Source: Lingula anatina (taxonomy: Eukaryota > Animalia > Brachiopoda). From it: a stretch of 64,000 nucleotides of DNA. Within the stretch, counting starts at the first letter, position 1; each line of letters starts with the position of its first letter. Below the pieces are notes generated by a model. The model ran no database searches. It was given only the letters and a program-made list of their open reading frames with translations, and was not told where the DNA came from. The DNA lies in the NCBI GenBank assembly GCA_051362555.1, contig CM120642.1, positions 14,136,001-14,200,000 of the forward strand. The letters are read 5' to 3'. The position numbers and the translations under genes were made by a program. This document shows, one piece after another, positions 52,501 through 60,900 of the stretch.

Positions 52501-54025
52501 CTCCTTAACAGGAAACTAGATCAGACACATTCACATTTTAATTCAAATATCATTAGAAGAAACAGTAATTCAATCAATAGGTAAGTATCAATATGCAGTA
52601 TCAATCCTCTTTAAATATTTTAAAGTGTTGTGGTACAAATAAGAAACTAAGTAGAAATGGATTGATTTTTTTTTACAAATAATTTTATCAAAATTCTCTC
52701 ACATCAAAGTAAGAATTGCTTTCTTCATCATGTTTCATTTGTTGCTTCGATATCTCTGCTTCTTCATAACTTGGCAGTTTAGTGGCCACATCATATGGTG
52801 GTGGGATAAAATCAGACTCCTTGTACGCTGAAAGGAAAAGTCCCATCATTTTAGCTATATGAAAACTGTTATGTCATCACCCCAATGCATTTTTGAAGTG
52901 ACAGGATTATCTCATAACATGACCATGTTTATATCTGCATTATCTAAGTGGATAAGGAAATAGATCCTTAAATATCAATCCACTTTAAACTGAAAATGTC
53001 ACTATCTTAAACCTGTGTTTGCCATCTTAGGTTCAAATCTGATTATTATCTGAATGGACTAAAATAAAAACTTTTTTTACTATTCTAGTCCAACAAATCT
53101 ACAACTGATTTAAAAAGTGCTTATTCAGCTTTTAGACTCACCTGGTGGTGGGGTTGTGTGAACTTCACTGTGTTCCATAACTGAGGGTTGTGGAACAGGC
53201 GCTACCACCATGGCCAAAGGGACTGCCTGGGCTGGTACGGAAGACTCCTCCTCCTCTTGGAGCTATAATATACAGGGGCGTAACCAGACCATTTAAAATT
53301 GTACGCACAAATTTTGAAAATTCCCAGGTACGATTATATTCCGTGAAAAATACACTGAATTTAAGGAGAGTAATATCATGGTTGGCTCAAAAAATTGTAC
53401 GCACAGTGCATTCATGCGTATGCCTGGTTACGCCCCTGATATACACACACCAAGCACATATATTCACTTAGTGGCACAACACAAAAAAAAGCATAATTTT
53501 ACTTATGATATTATGGAAGGTTTGTAATTATATTCGCTTGTGATAAAAGATGCTTTCCATCAAATGACACTGTAACAATATATTCATATTTCTTAATTGA
53601 TATACACCTTCACAAATAAGGCACAATCATGAGCATAGACTACTATCTACACAGTTTCACAAATAAATATGACTAAAAAGTTAAATGAAATTAAAAGACG
53701 TGGCAAAATATCATAATACCACCTATTACATATAAAAACAATAACCAAGAATTATTTTCTAATTACCAAAAATAATAAATCCGTTGATAAACGAACCATA
53801 CACACAATAACGCTACATTCATTATCAAGCCATTCATGGTCAATTTTCTAGCATCATTTATGATCTATCATATGTAAACATGATGAGAAGGGAGAATATA
53901 ATTTGGTCATGATAATCCAGATTGTATTTGGATGAGCGAAGTCAAAATATTTCAATCACACAATCAAGAAGATGATAGTATTATCAAAGCTCACTTACGA
54001 CTTGATATCTAGCACCACTTTCCAT
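43540..54025 (-). CDS. NDFIP1: Nedd4-family interacting protein (NDFIP1/2 homolog), 7 coding exons, 214 aa
   Basis: Hand-spliced GT-AG exons with consistent phases: 54025-53999 (MESGARYQV), 53262-53142, 52827-52703, 52393-52324 (LGTDGIFMCTFL), 51940-51816 (AFLFNWFG...AGRFGAFAGFGLSMVKW), 44131-44059 (WLWWLLMFL), 43643-43540 (GFLIFFHG...stop). PY motifs PPAY, PPPY and LPSY plus three hydrophobic segments are typical of NDFIP. Assignment to NDFIP1 versus NDFIP2 is not meaningful for an invertebrate single ortholog. Confidence 0.93.
44215..44828 (+). repeat. 5' LTR (614 bp)
   Basis: Starts TGTAACGATT and ends CCTTTACA. Matches 50652-51265 with no difference found by eye. Confidence 0.97.
44388..44505 (+). 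promoter_or_regulatory. LTR core promoter: duplicated 24-bp U3 motif, TATA box, Inr
   Basis: AACCATTCAAGGCCGTCCACTTTT at 44388-44411 and 44440-44463. TATAAATA at 44470-44477 and TCAGTT Inr at 44500-44505, 30 bp downstream. Confidence 0.75.
44830..44848 (+). promoter_or_regulatory. Primer-binding site, tRNA-Leu-like (TGGTGGCAAGCGCTGGGAT)
   Basis: TGG starts 1 nt after the LTR end. It resembles the complement of the metazoan tRNA-Leu(AAG/UAG) 3' end (TGGTGGCAGCGGTGGGAT, recalled from memory) with one insertion and one mismatch. Confidence 0.75.
44899..46026 (+). CDS. gag: Gag (coiled-coil N-terminus, capsid-like region, CCHC zinc knuckle)
   Basis: 375-aa ORF 70 bp after the 5' LTR. E/A/R-rich heptad N-terminus and CX2CX4HX4C knuckle CFKCHRYGHLAREC. 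Confidence 0.95.
   Translation: MPPKKDNRSDQEEVRNLEEQIEEACRALEAEKENSTHRIQVAVEEAEAEKERLIRKAKENADILEARAEAAEQRVRALERQKETEIEHRAQNERISETITPTLTPFHRINGRSNFEIPLPRQTLFSGKESWEGFIEPFKALSQTCEWSESEKLFRLCNSLRGEAADFAFVQLSAEVVNSYPLLQRALQNRFQEKRTTSSYLSELENRKLSSREKLPEYISDIRKLVLKGYPTADCTTREAIALRHFIKGLPDHQAAVAVGMKTPKNLDEAREALEMYNSLREEAVKRPSVRAANPEAVVTESQLHQLEKKFDQKLDEIKDLIMKEKEKDKKSPPPPKSENWKNNVECFKCHRYGHLARECKAPVKEAQHVNNQGN
45975..50345 (+). CDS. pol: Pol polyprotein (protease, RT, RNase H, TM-containing linker, integrase), probably expressed as Gag-Pol by -1 frameshift at ~46023
   Basis: 1456-aa open frame. Motifs: protease FIVDTGA; RT RPCVDYRRLN, MPFGL and YLDD (47487-47498); RNase H DTDAS, ELLAV, SDH and NADAISR; integrase H..H..C..C, ATD, HSDQG, GMVERF and GPF. 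Confidence 0.97.
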   Translation: MQGTCERGSACKQPGKLRRGIPAGQNEPLKTPVDRDIETVSCRNASVSWPVKIQGQEVNFIVDTGASKTIISTHSYEQIPHDFRPELKKTHRKLQLQVADSRNIEIEGHVEIKFQSGEEVFIWDMLVAKIKDDGLLGMDFLCHHDFSLGVNGLKLNGKRVPCLVEREPKHAFRVTVTNDVIIPANSELVIEGTVDSSKIKSGFGLVEAIPEKSSDFLIGHVLVDPFTRDNKIPVRLLNPSNEDISLLKDTCVAHLHEVDHVIGDKLEDSLSVPTLRADLTPGKQKSDLTLHSPELPEYLADLYKQSGENLTDFERCELKKLLQKHSDVFAKSSSDMGHTSVVKHKIVTGDARPIKQQPRRPPRAFAGEEEKIIQEQLQNGVIRESTSPWSSPLVYVKKKDGTTRPCVDYRRLNDVTVKDAYPLPRINDCLDSLGGSIFFSIADCQSGYYQIEVAEEDKPKTAFVTRNGLYEYNVMPFGLSNSPSTFERCMELILRGLQWQTVLIYLDDIIVFGKSFEEHYKRLDEVFNRLGKAGLKLKPSKCRLFQTEVQFLGHVVTQDGVKPDPEKVECIKKWPVPRNLTDVRSFLGLCSYYRRFIKGFSTRAAPINHLLQAGQAFTWMDSCQTAFEDLKSALTGNEVMAYPRDKGLYILDTDASATGIGAVLSQLQWCEKTQKEIEKPVAYASKSLTKTQRRYCVTRKELLAVVTFVQQFRHHLLGRQFLVRSDHSALRWVMSFKEPNDQMARWLEVLSQYDFKIEHRAGARHGNADAISRFPCDPDECPCYDGESILSNLPCEGCVQCKKKHEQWSRYLEEEVVPLVTRRVTENRKKELKSDNGVCGSGQALGNRGKCPVKRVYTAACSVLLTGLYILLTLFFAILSWVTMKFRCIFKEVRALSLRRMRVSKKKEVLPRENLTFKDQDFSHGDEDTDLSESESDRDRLPAEWLGSYTVNELFNLQREDPELKTVLYWKEQSSQRPERDKVAAESPAVRQLWLLWDQLVLQEGILYKRWETLDKTGSFLQILVPREMRNEVMNGVHDKVTSGHLGVKKTVSKLKRHFYWYKMKESVRDYIRRCAICGGRKRPRSRPKAPLLRYAVGAPMDRVATDILGPFPVSERGNKYILLAMDQFSKWVECSAIPDISAKTVAHKLVTEFFSRFGLPLDLHSDQGSNYESQLFKQVCQLLEINKTRTSSYHPSGNGMVERFNIVLCDMISAYVSEDQRDWDIHLPLLTAAYRCCKHESTGYSPNLLMLGREVHTATELIFGKPPEDRSVTSPSEYVKMLQEKMTRIHEIVRLHLKKDFQRQKRDHDTRISQNNYKVGDLVYLLDSTRTVGLSPKLKRDKWQGPFVVVKKHSDLLFAVKGKPKCKMKIVHHDRLKPFLSDQVPDWVSSLQKCLHKGNYVEGSPLKREGSAIKHRMKQSGQSKQVQVPKNQPDSNLRNEGRPQRKRRPPKRFAD
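46017..46060 (+). promoter_or_regulatory. -1 programmed ribosomal frameshift signal (slippery G GGA AAC plus stem-loop)
   Basis: GGGAAAC at 46017-46023 is in X XXY YYZ register directly before the gag TGA, and pol is in the -1 frame. After a 5-nt spacer, AGGGGCATTC (46029-46038) pairs with GAATG-aa-CCCCT (46049-46060). Confidence 0.85.
50350..50485 (+). repeat. Degenerate 36-37 bp tandem repeat (about 4 copies) in the retrotransposon 3' UTR
   Basis: Units GACA(A/G)TGAACTTT...ATTATTAATCA start at 50350, 50387, 50423 and 50459. Confidence 0.85.
50640..50651 (+). promoter_or_regulatory. Polypurine tract
   Basis: AGGGGGGGAGAG abuts the 3' LTR. It is preceded by the hairpin GATCCC-cggt-GGGATC (50618-50633). 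Confidence 0.92.
50652..51265 (+). repeat. 3' LTR (614 bp)
   Basis: Follows the polypurine tract directly, copies the 5' LTR and is followed by the TSD ATAT. Confidence 0.97.
51175..51180 (+). terminator. LTR polyadenylation signal
   Basis: AATAAA followed by the GT-rich TTGTTTTGTTGGTGG. The 5' LTR equivalent is at 44738-44743. Confidence 0.7.
53273..53438. mobile_element. MITE (166 bp), 15-bp TIR CAGGGGCGTAACCAG, 5-bp TSD ATATA, in NDFIP intron 1
   Basis: Perfect TIRs. ATATA at 53268-53272 and 53439-53443. Internal AAAATTGTACGCACA repeat present twice. Confidence 0.9.
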
Positions 54026-54440
54026 TCTCCATGCACTGTTTATCTTTTTTAGGTGCGAGGTTTTCCCTGTAACTTTCGGCCGTAAAATATAAACTGTCAC
54101 GGACAAAGAGAAAAGCAAACGGGAGTCTCTGATTGGACATTATATTAATTTATCTTTTAATAAAATTTATTTCTACATTTTATTAACTTTGGGCATATTT
54201 TTTCAGTATAAGTCATTTTCCGAAGATGGATAAGTCTGTTCACTTTTTTCTTCCAGAGATAAAACCAGTTTCACAACATTTCGTGCGGGATGACAAAATT
54301 GCTTGATTTCCGGTTGAACAGCAGACGGCAAGGTTGACCTGCCTGGCAATAATTTGCGAATAAAACACTTTTGTAAGTGCTTAGATATTTGAATAAATAC
54401 AGACTGTTGCATTTCATTTGCGTGGATTCAACTGGTATGT
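54026..54440. promoter_or_regulatory. Probable bidirectional promoter of NDFIP and NUDT6
   Basis: Divergent start codons lie <900 bp apart with locally raised CpG. CCAAT (ATTGG ~54132) and an ETS-like TTCCGG (~54308) are present, with candidate NUDT6 5' UTR splice donors at ~54373 and ~54436. Confidence 0.6.
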
Positions 54441-54916
54441 TTTTTTTGTGTGTATGTTATGATAGGATAAAAGAAAAATGTAGGTTTCCCTTGGGTTGTA
54501 CAGTAGTGTTTCATAATAAAATGTCAACTAGTTTCATAATTCCATTCTTGGCTGTTACGTTGATCTGTAAATTAATCTAAAAACCACTTAAAAAGACTGA
54601 AGGGTACCACCCTAGTGAGTGTAATGCCACAAATAACGACCAATATCGGTTTAGTATTTTAAAACGAATTTTAAGCCGACATTTATACGCATGCCATACC
54701 AGTACTAGTAGTTTAAAAAATGCACACCTACAGTTTGTGTCTCTTTAGTTAATGTACAGACTGTTGACTTGTTCAGAGCAGCAGTACTCAGTGTCTAATA
54801 CCCACAAACATTCTCTTTCCCGTCACGTCAGTGCCAAGCAGGTCCTGCAACCATAACTTTTTCAGATTCAGTTGTTTTTTTACTCATTTCCAGGTAAAAT
54901 TTAATTTTCATTTCTG

Positions 54917-57900
54917 ATGATGAAAAGTTTAATAAGACTAATGACATGGCCACATCAACAGAAACTATTATCCAGGACACTCGGCTTGCAGAAGACAGCA
55001 TCTTGTCGCCATTGTTCACAACAGCAGACCATTGAAGCTAGGCATTTGAAGCAGAATCCTCTCACCTTCACAGAAGACAAGTTTAATGGTGTCACTGTGG
55101 ACTTGGCACAGATTCCTGTTGAAAAGTCTGAATATGATTTCCAAAATATTCTTGAAGGTATTAGTGACTGAAAAAGTGTCTTATTATCTTGATCATATTT
55201 TACTAAGTTTATAATTTTTAAAAATTGAACAGAAGATTCAACTTTTTGTAATAGCTTACTTTAGTTGTATGTTGCAATTTTCTCTGCAGCATGAAATAAA
55301 AGTGGGGCGTGATTTGTAACTGTTAAGATTTATATATGTTCCAGATGCACTGTTAGAATGGAAAAGCTTAGGCAAAAGAGCTGTGTGGTTGAAGGTACCC
55401 ATCCAGCAAGGCAGGTTTATTCCAGTGGCTGCCAGGAAGGGCTTCACCTTCCACCATGCAGAGGGTGACAGTGCCATGTTAACTCTGTGGATGGATAACA
55501 CTACAGAATCAAGACTGCCAAGATACGCCACACATCAAGTTGGGGTAGCAGGTACAGGTTAAGCTTAAGATCATTTCATCTGACTTAAGAAAATATGGAA
55601 TTTATTTATGGTTGATTTAGTTAACATTTATTATTTTTCTTGTATTTAAATAAATGAAAATAGATAAAACCTCACAGTAAAAAACAGAGGCCCAACATGA
55701 TAGTTTTTAAGAGAAAAGTAAACCCATTAAATATTTGTTATTCATGAGAGTAGCACCAGAAAACATGAAAGTTCATTGTTAAAGATCATAAGTGTGTGAG
55801 GAGTTCAGAAGAACTGACACAGACAGCATTTGAAAAAAATATAGTCTGTGCTTCAATGTGAAAACTGATTACCATTTTATATTTGGGTGAATGAATGTAC
55901 TGGGTGGATGATTAAATAGCACTATCAACATGCAAATTAAAATATGTTTTTAAAGTACATGTAGGTGCTGCAATTTGGAAATTTGGCACTTTTCAGATGT
56001 GTGTTTTATTTGCCAGATGTTTTATTACAATTACATGCCCTATGCAGACTGAAACATTGAAAATAAAATTTGCTATGTAGACAGCAGAAAAAATAGTTCT
56101 TTGACCAAAGCTTAATTAAATTTACAACAAAATATAGTATTATATCATTATCTTTAGCTGCACTGAGTAGCCTATACTCTGTACCCATATAAGTAATATG
56201 GGTATATTGCAGTTAAAAATTGATACATTTATGTTTAATTTTCTTTGCATAGCTTCTTTTATAGCAGTATTTCTAAACTTTTTGTCTCAGGGTTTGTTTT
56301 GAATGAGAAAACAGGAGAAGTTGTGGTTGTAATGGACAAGCACAGAAAAGTGAGTCAATTTACAAAGATTCATAACATTTTGAATCTAAGACCCCATTCC
56401 CATAGACACTTTCAGTCTTCATGGATCTACTCAACTCTGTGGGGACACTCACAGAGTGCAGTCAGCTTAACTGAATGACACACCGCCTCTTGTTTCAAAC
56501 ATACTCGTATAATCACCAGCTTTTCTGTATTCTATTTAATGCCTGGAGGAGGTGTATCATTCAGTTGAGCTGATTGCAGTCAGCAAGAGTCCCTGCAGAG
56601 TTGGGCTGATCCACATAGACCTATCTGTGGGAATGGGGCCTAAAACTAAGACAAAATTTGCCAGAACAATACACATAACTATGTGGTCCCTTTAAGAAAA
56701 AACCTTTTGTTTGTTTGTTTTTTTGGGAGAGGGGTATTATTCTGATCTTGCTTGATACATTTTAAACTGGACTAACAAAACCAGAAATGTACTTTTTAAA
56801 TCCGTTTTCTGACTCTCTGTTGCTGAACATGGACTTGTTTAGAATTCTTTGTTGAGGTCCCTACATAATCTGATCATCTGGATACTTCACTTGAATTTAG
56901 TTTATTACTGGGTTTGGAGGCAAACAAACCTTAAGAAACTGCTGTAAGCCTGACTGTAGTATAACATTGTTATCTCTGACTTTCAGCGTCCCTTGTGGAA
57001 GTTCCCTGGTGGATTATCAGACTTAGGGGAAGATATAGGTAAGACTTTTAATTGATGAATATTACAGTATAAAAGTATCTTAGAAAAATACTGTCACATT
57101 GAATTCTTTTTTATCAAATAATACATACAAGCTTATTTTGTATAAAAAATGATGACATAAAAGCACAGTGTATATTATGCTTACTCTTGTTCATATGATT
57201 TATTTAAAACATAGATCAAAGAGAAACCATTCATAAATACTTTGTTATAAATAATCCCCTGGTACAGTAGGTATCTACTTATTTGTACAAATGATAACTA
57301 CCCACTTCTTGAAAATCTGGTCACCAAATAATAACATATGGAAATTGACTGACTGTTAAATATATATATAAATAAATTGGCCCTGCAAATGAAAATAATA
57401 AAAAGCGGGTGTTAAAAACCCTTATTAAATACCCACTTCAAAATAAAAAGGAATACTACTAGTACTTATACATAGTGATCTAGAGTTATGAACTGTTACC
57501 TTGTGAGAGGTCTTACATATATGTAAGTTGGTTAACAAGTGCAATACAAATATGCAGTAGAACACCTTGTTAATAGTAGTATAGAGGTATGTGTAGGTTT
57601 TTTAAGTAAATACATGAAAATCAGTGCTGTACAAATATTTTAAGTTAATAATCTTGGTCTTGTACTACCAACATAATTGTAGAGTCAAATTCAGCTTGAT
57701 GCACAATTCAACTTCTGCACAATATTGTTCCTATCTTGATAGGTCATAACTTCAATAACTCACTCTACATTTGAAACAAATAGATTTATCTTTAAAAATT
57801 CATAGTATAGGATGGTAGATTTTAAAACATATTCAACAATTACTGTGAGAATAAGTCTAATTGTAGGAAATGCCAAACATATGGTACTAGTGCCAAGCTA

Positions 57901-60900
57901 ATACATGTATCTTTATATGGCCTGAATGAGTACTTGTTACATCGGTTACAGCCCAGCTACATGTATGTACAATGCTACATGACAGTAAAAAAAAAACATA
58001 TTAGGAGGTAAAAAGGATTTTAAATTATTTTAATAAATATTAAAACTATTTACACATATATTACTCATTGACAACTTCAAAACCTGAAGCCATAAAGAAG
58101 TGTTGTTAATAATTTTAACTATATGTACAAAGTTTGTGTCCTCTGTGGCAAAATTGGCATTCAGGTTTTTATTTTGCCCACAACTAAGATAGTCACGGAA
58201 TAATGTCGTAAGTTTCAGCTTCCCAGTTTTCTTCAGTGTCACTGTTAATAGCACTATTATCTTCTTCATAATTGGCATCTGTATCGTTATCATCATTATC
58301 ATCATCATTAGACCCATCCGTGTTACTCTCTTTCTTTACACTTGATTGTCCATTATTTTTGTTGCTGTGATGCAAATCTTCAATCAGCCAAACAAGGTTT
58401 TCAACCAAAGCCATCACTTGGCCTTGATTAATTATTATTTTATACAAATCCCTCTTGTCTATGAGCATAAAGTTTAAGGATAGAAACTCAGTACAAGACC
58501 TCAGCAGTGTTTGCATGTTGTATCTATGGCCCAAGATGAACCTTTCGCTTATGTTCTCTTTTGTGATGGTCTCACAAAGGGAGGCCTCACAGATGTCTCT
58601 AAGTGTGCCTCCAGGACTCTCGGACCATTCTGAGACAGCTCCTGGGAAATCTTTGTCATTTGGCTTGTCTCTGGGGGACTTCTTGTGCACTTGGTTAGCT
58701 GTGAAGTCTTGCATTGGGGGATAGTCATCTGGATGCTTCACACTTACTAAGATGTCTATCAAAGGCTCCATGTTAAATTCATAATCATCTTCTGAAGACT
58801 CCATTTTTTCTGAATGGTCTTCCAAAGACTCCATTTGAGTGAATGATTGGTTCTTTTCCTGAAATGGTTTTAAATATATAATATCAGTTACAGTGTAAGG
58901 AAAAAATTACCGACTATATCTTGAATGTGAAGTACATTGAATAATATTCAAATTAGCCCTTATAGTCAGATGAATCAGATAAATCTACCTATGATTAAGC
59001 ATAAATATGCTATCTTCATTTGTTAAATGAAGAAGCTAAATGAAAAAAGATAAAGCAGTTGCAGTTGTTTGAAGCTTATTTGCCACATTCTATAATACAA
59101 ACCTCCACCCCTCTGTGTTATATTGCTAAGTTAACAGGAGCTTACTGAAAGTGGAAATTATAGTTTCTATACTCAAAATGCACCATATGTACATGTATAC
59201 GCCACCTCCTATGGTCTTGTCTTACTCACATCAATAATATATTGTATACATATATTGATTCAAACAACTTACGTATGAAGTGTTTACTTTGAACAACAGC
59301 AATCAATTTGATAATACTGCCCAACTGTGGTTATGTAATTTCTCTATACATTGATGTAATAACTGCATGAATGGGACAGAGAATGTGGAATTGTGTAAAA
59401 TGCATTAATATATAAATTAATATTTTTTCCCAATTCACATTATAGATATGTGTGTTCATATGACATACATAAAGAGACATTGCCCAGCTTTTATCAGTAG
59501 ATTTCAGAGTATTTTATTATAGTATAAAAGTCTATTCAGTGCACTTTTGACTACTTAGTTGTTCACAGCAACTTGACTCAATTTTACAATTTATCATGCA
59601 TTGCAAAATTTTAAAGTGAAGTCCTTTCCAACATCCTTACAGTTTCTGAAGTGACGTACTGGTCGTCCCGGACATTTTGATCAACCTAATTGTGGACATT
59701 GTGGTCACTTTATATCCTTTAACCTTACCCTTTTGAATATATGGAGCTTTTGCATACAAGCATTTACCTTTCTGAAGGCTACAAATTCCTAGTTGTTTGA
59801 CAGATGGATTGGTGTTTGAAGATGTTGATTATTTCATTATGTACACATTTCTTTTCATTTAAATTACTATATTGTGATTGAACCTGTAGTCCTTACTCTT
59901 GCCTAATAACCTAGTCTTATTAAATACTATGTTGTTAATGAGTGAATGCTTTTAATCATCTGGTATAATAGATCAGTCAGTTGCTAATGCCAAGTACAGT
60001 ATCAGAGTTGGACACAATTTTCACTATGTTGTAATGTCCATATGTTGAATATATATGGATTATTGCCTGCAGTTTTGCTTCCAACTTTGCATCTCTAATG
60101 CTGGAACTTATATTTGTGGCTCACATGCTGTAGTATAGATATTGCTTACCTAATTTGCTATGAACTCAAATTTCTCTGCACATAGAATACTCTGCACCCA
60201 GACTCTGCTAAGTACTGAATGCTATATATAACAGATACCATATGATGGCCATCTCATTATTAACCATGGCCATGATGATATAACCTTTCAGATAGTATAG
60301 CTTTTAAGTCAAATGCAACTCACCTGTTTAAAATGAAAATGTTTCATGGGTAACTTAAATTAAGACTGCGTAAACTAGAAGCAGTGAAGTTAAGGTGTAG
60401 AATGTTAAAACATACACAACTTACAGATACCTGTTCCTGTGCTTAATACATGTCCAGGTATGAGAATAATTAAGTAGATATATTTGTATCATGGGCTAGT
60501 CATCAGCTTAGATGATATCTCCTGCATGTTTAAATTACATCAGTGATAGCCTTGGCATACCTCTTTTAGTGCTATACCTACCAGTGTCAGCGGTTAAGTC
60601 ATATCCAGGTGTGAACACAAAATAGACATGATAGTCCATGGGATAGGTGCTTCCAAGTTAGATGATCACCTGGCCAGTAATTAAGGCCCTGCTTCCCCAT
60701 GAATGGTCAGATTATATCTCAGCACAGGATATGGCATTATAATCACCATGGGGTAATGATGGTATATACAGGTAGTGCTGATCCTCCCTGCAGGACCATA
60801 TGGACCAGTCAGAAACTTGAGATTTGTCTTTCCTGCCCACTTTTTCAAACTAAATGGTGCAAAATGATATGTTGAAAGATGGAGGTGTTCTTAAAGATGG

